A stretch of DNA of 64,000 nt, from contig CAZJUB010000006.1 in the NCBI GenBank assembly GCA_964549075.1, forward strand, positions 11,805-75,804. Reading direction: 5' to 3'. The DNA is from an uncultured archaeon. GTDB lineage: Archaea > Asgardarchaeota > Heimdallarchaeia > Heimdallarchaeales > Heimdallarchaeaceae. The notes beneath the pieces are model-generated. The model saw only the letters and a program-made list of their open reading frames with translations. It made no database searches and was not told the origin of the DNA. The stretch's first letter is position 1. Each line of letters starts with the position of its first letter. The position numbers and the translations under genes are program-made. Shown here in pieces: positions 49,095 to 57,229 of the stretch.

Positions 49095-50093
49095 CTACCA
49101 ATCAATTACATCTAAAGCGTGTAGTAAAACTCTTATTGCAGCAAATGTCGCTAAGGACCAAAATCCAATTAGAATAACATCAGATTTAATTTTATGAAGG
49201 AATCGAGGAACAATATTAGCCATAATAACAGTACCAGCTGCCATTAAAATCACTATATCCCATTGAATTGAAACAGCACCTGCACCAAACATTGGCAACG
49301 ATCGAGTTAGAACTGCAAAAGGAGTCGCAAATAAAATTGTAAACGTAGATGTTGCAACTGCAATTGCGGCTGGTACACCCATAGCCATAGTTAAAATTGG
49401 TACATAAATTACTCCTCCACCTAATCCAAGAGTAGCTCCAATAAAACCTCCAATAATTGCTATGAATATTCCTGGAATCAATTTAGCTTTATACTTAAAT
49501 CCAACATCTCTTTTATCTTTAAAATCTCTATAGAGAACAGTTCTTTTCCATGCTGGTCTAGCCTCTTGTTCTTCATCACACTCAATGTTCATACAATCTT
49601 CTTCTTTATTTTCAAGATTCCCAGTCCGTTTTTTTACCCAACCCATTGCAATCGTCGTCATTTTATAGAGTGCAATTGCAATCATTGTAGCGCCAAAAAT
49701 TATTTGAAAAATATCCTTATTCACATTTTGTGTAACTAACCATTTTGAAAATATTCCTCCAGATAATGCACCTGGAATTGCAAAAATCATGAATCTTATT
49801 GCAACTTGGTAATCTATTCGCTTCTCTCGTATATATGAAATAGAACCACTTAGAGCAGTGAAAACTATAACACCTAAAGATGTTGCACTAGCAGTACTTC
49901 CTAATAAACTTGGATTCGCATCTACAGCTTCTTGTCCTCCTACCTTATCGATCAACAAACCCTCAAATGCTATTAATAAGATTGGTACATTCAACAATCC
50001 ACCTCCAATACCAAAAGTTGGAGAGACTGCTCCGGAAAGTAAACCTGCGGCAAATAAAGCTAAATAATGCCACCATACAAAATACTCAAACAT
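49095..50093 (-). CDS. TSUP (TauE/SafE) family sulfite exporter
   Basis: Duplicated G.GGG...VP.L and ATS motifs in an ~8-TM protein. Confidence 0.88.
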   Translation of the reverse strand: MFEYFVWWHYLALFAAGLLSGAVSPTFGIGGGLLNVPILLIAFEGLLIDKVGGQEAVDANPSLLGSTASATSLGVIVFTALSGSISYIREKRIDYQVAIRFMIFAIPGALSGGIFSKWLVTQNVNKDIFQIIFGATMIAIALYKMTTIAMGWVKKRTGNLENKEEDCMNIECDEEQEARPAWKRTVLYRDFKDKRDVGFKYKAKLIPGIFIAIIGGFIGATLGLGGGVIYVPILTMAMGVPAAIAVATSTFTILFATPFAVLTRSLPMFGAGAVSIQWDIVILMAAGTVIMANIVPRFLHKIKSDVILIGFWSLATFAAIRVLLHALDVIDW

Positions 50094-50212
50094 ATAATCA
50101 TCTAGTTTTCTTTAACACATTTTAATTCGGTTATTTAAAACTTTAATGTAAGAACAAACAATTTCACAACAAAGGAGAAATTGTTTTAAACATCCATTTT
50201 AAACAAACTATA

Positions 50213-51070
50213 ATGAATACGGAAAAAGAGGAGTCAATAGCAGAACATTTTCTTTCACTTATAGACAAAAAATCTATATGGGAATTAGAGATTATATCCT
50301 CTATTCTAAACATTCATCCAGAAGATTTAGCTGAATTTGTACAACAATTTCCTATGGCATATGGATTGTCGATTCAGGGAAAAAGATTGTATGTCACTCA
50401 TGAATTAGTCATTGATGTTTTGGATGAGGTGAAACAGAGGTTTATTGATTGGTACCAAAGTTTTGCACCTCGAGAATATTCACAAGCTAAAAGAGCAGAA
50501 GAAATTAAAAAAGAATATTTTATTGAAGATAAACCTGAGAGAATCTCCCCAAAGATAAAAATAAGTATTTATGGTAACAACTACGTTATTGAGGATGTTC
50601 TTAACAAGTACCTAGTAAGAGAAGGATTATTCCCTTCTTTCCAATTTACAGGAGGTTACGAACCCTTTGATTTCCAAAAAACTATCGGAAATGAGATATA
50701 TAATTGTCAGTTTTTAATAATTGATTATAGAAGAGATTTGCTATCTCTTGCTCCACTGTTATTTGAAATGCCAGAAGCGTTTGTATTCATTTTTGATCCT
50801 CTAGACAAACTTCAGATTGATAGACTTGTTAAAATGATTCAAACTCTCATTTCAAAAAGGAAGAAAGAAATCCTTGTATCATTTCTTGCAATAGTAGATA
50901 CCGATATTCAAACTTCAGAATTAGATGAAATTTCAAGTACTTTATCTCAATTGGTTGAATATATGGAAGAACTTCCTATTTTCAAGGTTTCCTTTGCTAT
51001 CTTATCTTCAGATTCACAAACTGAAAGGAAAATGAATGATCTAATTCAAACAGCTAAGATGACTTTTTAG
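50213..51070 (+). CDS. Degenerate Rab-like small-GTPase-fold protein with an N-terminal helical (wHTH-like) domain
   Basis: KIKISIYG...TGGYEPFDFQKTIGNEIYNCQF...SLAPLLFEMPEAFVFIFDPLD follows the Rab topology but lacks the G1, G3 and G4 motifs. Confidence 0.6.
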   Translation: MNTEKEESIAEHFLSLIDKKSIWELEIISSILNIHPEDLAEFVQQFPMAYGLSIQGKRLYVTHELVIDVLDEVKQRFIDWYQSFAPREYSQAKRAEEIKKEYFIEDKPERISPKIKISIYGNNYVIEDVLNKYLVREGLFPSFQFTGGYEPFDFQKTIGNEIYNCQFLIIDYRRDLLSLAPLLFEMPEAFVFIFDPLDKLQIDRLVKMIQTLISKRKKEILVSFLAIVDTDIQTSELDEISSTLSQLVEYMEELPIFKVSFAILSSDSQTERKMNDLIQTAKMTF

Positions 51071-51782
51071 TTTTCTTCACTGAGCTTTGATTTTTTTTCT
51101 CTTGTGCTTCTTTTAACACTTCTTCTAATGCTTCTGATAATTTTGGATAAGTCCTGAAAGAACTATACAAAGGATAATAACCTGCACCTAATCCTATGAT
51201 TGATAAAGCTATAGTAGCTATCCCTAGGTAAATAAAAACTGTGCCTATAACACTTGAAATAAATCCCCCAACTGTCAGAAAAATGATCCCAAGTGATTGA
51301 ACTAAATATGAAATAAGAATGAAAATATTAGGATATTTTGATATGATTTTCCTGAAGTAATGTTCTTTAAGATCCTTTCTGAACAAATAAAATCCTAAAG
51401 CGATTAATGGTTCTGTTATAATTAGAAGAATAATTCCAATAATTGTAAATATAAACACAACTACACCTTGTTCTTGAAATACTTCAGAAACCATCATAAT
51501 GACTGTAGAAATAAGCAAGGAAACTATTCCTGCAACTATGAAAATGACTGCTTTTTTCGAATGTTTCCAATCAACAATAGGATCATAAGTTAGGTTATAA
51601 ATTCCCCAACATAATCCAAGATAACCTAACAGAATTGGAATTAGTAGAATGTGCTGAGGTATCCATCCAGGTAACAATAAATCGATAAAACCTCTCGTTA
51701 AAACAGCAAGCAAAATATAAAATATATAAATCATAATTAAGCTGTTTGTTATCATTTTGGAATATTGCTGACGATTAAACAC
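51054..51782 (-). CDS. Polytopic membrane protein (paralog 3 of the tandem trio)
   Basis: About 6 TM helices; LGFYLFRKDL motif shared with its neighbours. Confidence 0.7.
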   Translation of the reverse strand: MFNRQQYSKMITNSLIMIYIFYILLAVLTRGFIDLLLPGWIPQHILLIPILLGYLGLCWGIYNLTYDPIVDWKHSKKAVIFIVAGIVSLLISTVIMMVSEVFQEQGVVVFIFTIIGIILLIITEPLIALGFYLFRKDLKEHYFRKIISKYPNIFILISYLVQSLGIIFLTVGGFISSVIGTVFIYLGIATIALSIIGLGAGYYPLYSSFRTYPKLSEALEEVLKEAQEKKNQSSVKKTKKSS

Positions 51783-52451
51783 TTATTCACCTTCATTAAA
51801 TTCATCGAGTTCTTGATGATAACTCCAGTTTTGCAAAAGCTTCATGGTTGAAGCTAATCCAAAGAATCCTAAAATGATAAGAAAAGATGCAAATAAATAA
51901 TCATAAAGAGCAAGATTTTCTAGCCAAATCTGAGAACTTGAAACGCCTATATAACCTCCATACCATCCAATTATTTGTGAAATAATGTTTACAAGAAAAC
52001 CTAGTGCAAGAAAATATTGTCCTTTCCTTTCAATATAGTCATTTTTAGCTAGTTTATCAATGTCAAATTTAAGAAATAGAAAACCTATTACGAGAGTTAG
52101 AACATAAATAATTAATAATGTGAGATTAAGATAAGCTAACGGGTAAGAAGACCATTCTCCTTTAAAGGAACTCCAAGAAAATATAATATTTATAATATCC
52201 AGACCTGCAGCTATAAAAAGAAAAACTGGAGCAATTGACCATTTTGTGTAATTATCCAGCTCTTTACCAAGTCTAATTAATCCGATCCCAAAGAGTATTA
52301 GAGCACAATCAAAAGCTACATCTGCGATTAAAACCATCTCTGGAAAATCAACAGCTATTATTGTAACTGCTGCTACTCTGATCATCTGAATAATAGTAAG
52401 AATCCAAGCAGAATAAAATAGATGTTTAGTGATATCTGTAAGATTATTCAC
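51783..52451 (-). CDS. Polytopic membrane protein (paralog 2 of the tandem trio)
   Basis: About 6 TM helices; IGFLFLKFDIDKLA...RKGQYFLALGF. Confidence 0.7.
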   Translation of the reverse strand: MNNLTDITKHLFYSAWILTIIQMIRVAAVTIIAVDFPEMVLIADVAFDCALILFGIGLIRLGKELDNYTKWSIAPVFLFIAAGLDIINIIFSWSSFKGEWSSYPLAYLNLTLLIIYVLTLVIGFLFLKFDIDKLAKNDYIERKGQYFLALGFLVNIISQIIGWYGGYIGVSSSQIWLENLALYDYLFASFLIILGFFGLASTMKLLQNWSYHQELDEFNEGE

Positions 52452-52460
52452 ACTAAAAAC

Positions 52461-53405
52461 CTACTTTTTTAAATAAGGATTTTCTTCCCCACAGTTAGCA
52501 CAGAATGCTGAATCTTCATCCAGTTCTAGTCCACATTTAACACAGAACATTTTCTTCTTTGAAGATTCTTCTTCAACCAGTAAGTTATCCAGAGGGTCTG
52601 GTTTTTTCTGACCAGTCTGTGGTGGAGGTGGAGGAGGAGTAAAACCACCAAATAAACCGCCTCTCCTCCCGAAAAGACCGCCAGTAGCTGGTCTTTGAGC
52701 AGCTTCCTGTTTTCGTTCTTCCATTTGTTGGAAGACTTGATCAGGAATTTTATCTAATACTAAAAATGCTCTGCGTAGATACCAGAAACCAAGAACCATT
52801 AGAACAAGTGAACCCATCTCAAGGAAATAGTTTATCCAAAGAAGAATATCATAACCTTGAGCAACCACAGGACTACCATCAGTTGCGTAACTAACATAGG
52901 TATCTTGAGGAATAATTACTTCTATTATCTTTCTTAGTGCTAGAAATCCAAAACCCATTGGAAGAGACATTTGCCCTCTATAGACATTTCTTCTCTCGGT
53001 AGCAAACTTATCTACAGCTGTTTTAAGTTGATAAAATCCTATTGTTAAGCCAATTATTGCAATAATTTCAACAAGGTTAGTCGGAAGTAAATTCAATCTA
53101 GTAATTGGGATAGCTCCAACTGAATAAAGAATGTAAAGAGTCTGAGCAATTAAATTAATTTGTGATGCAACAAAAACTATTATTGCAGAATATAAAATAA
53201 TCTTGTTTCTGTCATCTTTATAGAGCTCTAAAAAGCCAAAAGATAACCAGATTAATGATCCTACTTTTAAGAATTCTATAACAATTTGAATATAGTTTAT
53301 TGCGTTACCTACATTAAAGAATGGAATAAACATTCCGAGCATTATTACTAATACATAGATTAATGCTGCATTTGTGATATTTTTTCTGGTTTTATCACTT
53401 ATCAT
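52461..53405 (-). CDS. Polytopic membrane protein with a GGLFG/poly-Pro tail and C-terminal zinc ribbon (paralog 1)
   Basis: About 6 TM helices, IGFYQLKTAVDKFA...YRGQMSLPMGF, then GGLFGRRGGLFGGFTPPPPPPQ and FCVKCG...FCANCG. Confidence 0.75.
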   Translation of the reverse strand: MISDKTRKNITNAALIYVLVIMLGMFIPFFNVGNAINYIQIVIEFLKVGSLIWLSFGFLELYKDDRNKIILYSAIIVFVASQINLIAQTLYILYSVGAIPITRLNLLPTNLVEIIAIIGLTIGFYQLKTAVDKFATERRNVYRGQMSLPMGFGFLALRKIIEVIIPQDTYVSYATDGSPVVAQGYDILLWINYFLEMGSLVLMVLGFWYLRRAFLVLDKIPDQVFQQMEERKQEAAQRPATGGLFGRRGGLFGGFTPPPPPPQTGQKKPDPLDNLLVEEESSKKKMFCVKCGLELDEDSAFCANCGEENPYLKK

Positions 53406-53640
53406 TCTACACCCAGCTTTGTAAAGTACTATTTAAATTTGCGGAGTTATGACTTTCGCAGAGTTTTAACTTCAAGAGAAACAAAAAATGAAATTATATA
53501 AGATATTCGTCATGTGGCAAATTTAGTTTAGAATACAATAAGTATCCGAATAAATTACACCATTTCAGTAATTAAGTAAATTAGATAATACTATTTGATG
53601 CTAGGAAAATAATTTAAGCGTATCTGCTAAAATCCTTATC

Positions 53641-54279
53641 ATGAGAGTTTCTTCAGCTCTATCCTTACTTGCATGTGTTCTAGGTTTTATCACATTATTG
53701 ATTCCTGTTTTGTATAATAATTTAGGTTATGCTTTAAGTTGGATGGACATACAAGAAACACCACCATTGTGGATTTTTCTTGGAGTTACTCTTATAGTTG
53801 TAGCTCACGATTTTAGTTGGCTTGAAGGATTTAAATTCATAAGAAAATCAGATATTAGACTTATTAGGATAATTTTGATAGCTATAGCTATTGGAATGGC
53901 TTATGCTATGGAACTTTCAGTAAATGTTCGTTTAACATCTCAAACTTACTGGCAATCAGCTCTTTATTTTGATATACCTAATGAGTCAAAGGTAATATTT
54001 GAGTATAATATTCTTTATTATAATATGCAGATTGTTCAAGTAAATGATATAACTTTCAGACCCAGTTCTGTCTATTCAGTTTTTGCACCAAAGACGTATA
54101 TTTATATTTTTGAGAGCTTTGCAGGATTAGGATATCATATTATGAGAGCCTGTAGAATCATTTTGATTTGTGCATTAATTATAGCATTCTTTGAGAAAAG
54201 TCTTAGAATATCTCGAATTATTAAGAATATCGAAATTCCTGCAACAAAAAATCTAAGCCTTGATGAAAATAGTTTTTAA
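53641..54279 (+). CDS. Hypothetical membrane protein
   Basis: About 4 TM helices with an extracellular loop. Confidence 0.65.
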   Translation: MRVSSALSLLACVLGFITLLIPVLYNNLGYALSWMDIQETPPLWIFLGVTLIVVAHDFSWLEGFKFIRKSDIRLIRIILIAIAIGMAYAMELSVNVRLTSQTYWQSALYFDIPNESKVIFEYNILYYNMQIVQVNDITFRPSSVYSVFAPKTYIYIFESFAGLGYHIMRACRIILICALIIAFFEKSLRISRIIKNIEIPATKNLSLDENSF

Positions 54280-54312
54280 TTCTACACCTATTTTTTAATA
54301 TAACTCTGTAGG

Positions 54313-55383
54313 TTGCTTGACATGAATTCATCATTATTTGTACCCTATGTTGCACTCTTAGTACTAGATGATGCTGGAATGTCACTAAGATGCACAAGTC
54401 CAATGCCAGAAATATCCAAGGAAGAACTCATTGGTATTGGTAATTTTTATAGTCCAGTCGTGTCAGCTTCATCTCCTAATTTAGAGATTTACGGACCTTT
54501 ACCTATTCCTCATTTTGAAAAATATCATTTACTTATAGTTACTTTTAGAAAAAAAGATTCTTTGGTTTTAAATCCTAGAACCAAGTATAACGAGAACCTT
54601 TCATTTTGTCAGCTTCTAATATTCTACAACAAGGAGTGTGATGAGATAGTGAAATTTGGACATGGTCAGATTTATACTACTATAAACATCTTCCTTCAAG
54701 AATTTGATGATGTATCTGTAATAGATGATAATGAGCTTCTGAAACTAAGTGAAATACTCATGGAGAATGTTTTATTGGATGACCAGATTAAATCCAAAAG
54801 TATAGAAGATATTGTCAGAGATATTGCTTCAAGATTCAACACAATCCAACAAATTTCTCATCTCCTTAACAGAAGAACAAAAATAGGCATTATCTCGTCA
54901 GATTCTCTTTCGTATAATCTAATTATTCAATCATTATTCCATTTTCAAAACATTGATTTTATTTACCAATTAGATAGAAATGAGTATATCACTCGCATTG
55001 ATACCTATTTCATGAGAATTGTTCTAACTCTTCTTTTTGGTGCAGAGACGATTGTTGGTAAAGAGTATTTTCGAGAAATGGATTATTATGTATATTTAGC
55101 TTCTTGTGAAGATCAGGATGGATGTAAAAAGCACATAGAAAATATTGATTCTTTATTTGAGAGAGACCCACTGGCAAAGATTTTCTTTGTTACAGCCGAA
55201 AGAGCTGAACAACTTCCTTTGGAGTATAAGAAATATTTATTTCATGAAACTGAAAGAAGAAAAAACTTGAAACTTATGATTTCAGTCGGAGATATTTTCC
55301 GAACATTAGATAACGCAATCTATCTAATTTTAAATGATATCTTGGAGTTAAGAAAAATAATCTTGAGTCAAGGAAAATCCTGA
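54313..55383 (+). CDS. Asgard hypothetical protein: longin/uDENN-like N-domain plus degenerate GTPase-like C-domain (paralog of 28904..29902)
   Basis: LVLDDAG, IYGPLPIP and IVTF..KD....NPR. The C-domain has KIGII and EYFREMDYYVYL. Confidence 0.6.
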   Translation: MLDMNSSLFVPYVALLVLDDAGMSLRCTSPMPEISKEELIGIGNFYSPVVSASSPNLEIYGPLPIPHFEKYHLLIVTFRKKDSLVLNPRTKYNENLSFCQLLIFYNKECDEIVKFGHGQIYTTINIFLQEFDDVSVIDDNELLKLSEILMENVLLDDQIKSKSIEDIVRDIASRFNTIQQISHLLNRRTKIGIISSDSLSYNLIIQSLFHFQNIDFIYQLDRNEYITRIDTYFMRIVLTLLFGAETIVGKEYFREMDYYVYLASCEDQDGCKKHIENIDSLFERDPLAKIFFVTAERAEQLPLEYKKYLFHETERRKNLKLMISVGDIFRTLDNAIYLILNDILELRKIILSQGKS

Positions 55384-55384
55384 T

Positions 55385-56236
55385 TTATTCTGGTTTTTTA
55401 TCAGGTATCACTGCTATAAGAACACCACCAGGACCAACTCTACTTCCAACTACTGGACCCATATAACCTATATAAGACTGGCTTACTTTCATCTTTGATT
55501 TTAGAATTTCTTCTATTTCAATAGCATCTCCTATTGAATCTGCATGAGTAATTAACATAGAGTATGTGTTCTTTGGATTGGTTCTTTGTAAGACTTCTTC
55601 AACTGCTCTCTTCTTTGCATTTTTTAGGCTAATCACTCTACAAAGAGGGATATTCTCACCATCTTGAGTTATGATCATCGGTTTCATTCTTCCTAAAGAA
55701 GCAAAAAATTCAGACGCTCTACTAATTCTTCCTGATTTAACAAGCATTTTTAAAGAATCCATATATCCAATTTGAATAACTTCTGGACGCATATTTTCCA
55801 TAAAAGAAAGTACATCTGTTAATTCATAATTTTGTTTTAAAAGCTCAGCAAACCTTATACCTAATAATCCTTCTCCACCAGAAGCATTGAGTGAATCAAA
55901 AAGATGAACATCTTTAGGATAAAATTTCTTTGCAGCTACAGCCCCCTGTTGGTAAGTATTGGAAAACTTACTCGAAAGTGTAACTACCACTATTTTATCA
56001 TATCCATCTTTAAGGTGTTCATCAAACATTTCTTCCCATTGAGCAAAATTAGGTGCAGATGTGTTCGGTAAATCTAATTTATCTATATTAGCATAATATT
56101 CTTGTGGAGTGATATCAATCCTGTCTCTTAACATCTTACCTATCTCAATATTCAAAGGTATCAAACTGATGCCAAATTGTTCCATTACTTCATCAGGCAA
56201 ATCTCCACAGCTGTCTACTACAACTTTTATTTTCAT
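55385..56236 (-). CDS. DegV/FakB-family fatty-acid-binding protein
   Basis: VVDSCGDLP, TSAP, LSS..SNT, DS, L.KSGRI, KP, THAD and VGPG. Start probably ATG 56236. Confidence 0.9.
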   Translation of the reverse strand: MKIKVVVDSCGDLPDEVMEQFGISLIPLNIEIGKMLRDRIDITPQEYYANIDKLDLPNTSAPNFAQWEEMFDEHLKDGYDKIVVVTLSSKFSNTYQQGAVAAKKFYPKDVHLFDSLNASGGEGLLGIRFAELLKQNYELTDVLSFMENMRPEVIQIGYMDSLKMLVKSGRISRASEFFASLGRMKPMIITQDGENIPLCRVISLKNAKKRAVEEVLQRTNPKNTYSMLITHADSIGDAIEIEEILKSKMKVSQSYIGYMGPVVGSRVGPGGVLIAVIPDKKPE

Positions 56237-56322
56237 TACTCTAGAGAAATTCCTCTCTTTCTTAAACCTTATCACTTGATAGTCCGAGATTAATTAATGC
56301 AGAATCAGAACTTTTTTAATAT

Positions 56323-57177
56323 TTGTACAATTTCATGCTTTCAATGGGTTACGAATATCTTCAGACTTCAGAAAAACCTCCTATTAAATTACGTCACAAA
56401 TTCTTTCCAACAAAAAATAAAGAAAATAATAATCGAAAATTAGTAATGATACCAGGTTTTTTAGATAACATTGACAATAGGATGCCTTTAGTTTCCGCAT
56501 TTCAAGAAATCAGTAATATTATAATGTATGAACCTCGAGGTTATGGTAAATCCAGTGCTCCTAGAAAGAGAGGAAAATATAAGGTAAAATACTATGTTGA
56601 AGATTTTGAAAAATTAATTGAGCATTATGGTTTAAAGGATAAAGAATATTATGTCTGGGGGAGTTGTGTTGGTTCTGCTATTATCTACCAATATTATCTA
56701 GATAGTGATGGACCAAAACCAGTTGCAATAATTGCTGCAAGTCCAGATGCAAAATTCAAAACTCAATGGTGGTTTGAGATTGTAAATATTCTTCCTTATC
56801 CATTAGTGTGGTTAGTCTATAAGATAGTTATATTTGTTCTTAGACGTTACCTAAAGAGAAAGAATCCAAGCGATGTCAAAAACATCGATTATTCTGTTGA
56901 CAGATTTAACAAGCTTGATTTATATGTTCAAATGAGAATATTGATTGAACTTATACACAGGTATGATATCAGGGGAAGAGAATCAGAATTGGATGTACCA
57001 ATGTTAGTATTATCACCAAAGAAAGATTGGTTTGTTGATCCAGAAAATTCCAAGAGAATGGTACAATATCACCCACAATCAAAATATGTGGGACTTGGAG
57101 ATGCTCATAGAATGATAGTTGATACTGAGAAAGAAATAGCTAAACTTTCTAATGATTTCATAAATTCAATCAGTTGA
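56323..57177 (+). CDS. Alpha/beta hydrolase with a Cys at the nucleophile elbow (GSCVG)
   Basis: IPGF, YEPRGYGKS, WGSCVG, KKDWF (Asp) and DAHR (His). The true start may be ATG 56335 or 56344. Confidence 0.82.
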   Translation: MYNFMLSMGYEYLQTSEKPPIKLRHKFFPTKNKENNNRKLVMIPGFLDNIDNRMPLVSAFQEISNIIMYEPRGYGKSSAPRKRGKYKVKYYVEDFEKLIEHYGLKDKEYYVWGSCVGSAIIYQYYLDSDGPKPVAIIAASPDAKFKTQWWFEIVNILPYPLVWLVYKIVIFVLRRYLKRKNPSDVKNIDYSVDRFNKLDLYVQMRILIELIHRYDIRGRESELDVPMLVLSPKKDWFVDPENSKRMVQYHPQSKYVGLGDAHRMIVDTEKEIAKLSNDFINSIS

Positions 57178-57229
57178 TATTACTAACAAGATTTTTATTT
57201 TAATAAAGCTAGCAATATAATAGATTAAA

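Noticed and set aside
53440-53460. Imperfect hairpin TGCGGAGTTATGACTTTCGCA in a divergent intergenic region
   Set aside because: Short, dependent on G-U pairs and single copy, so it is insufficient to call an operator or RNA element.
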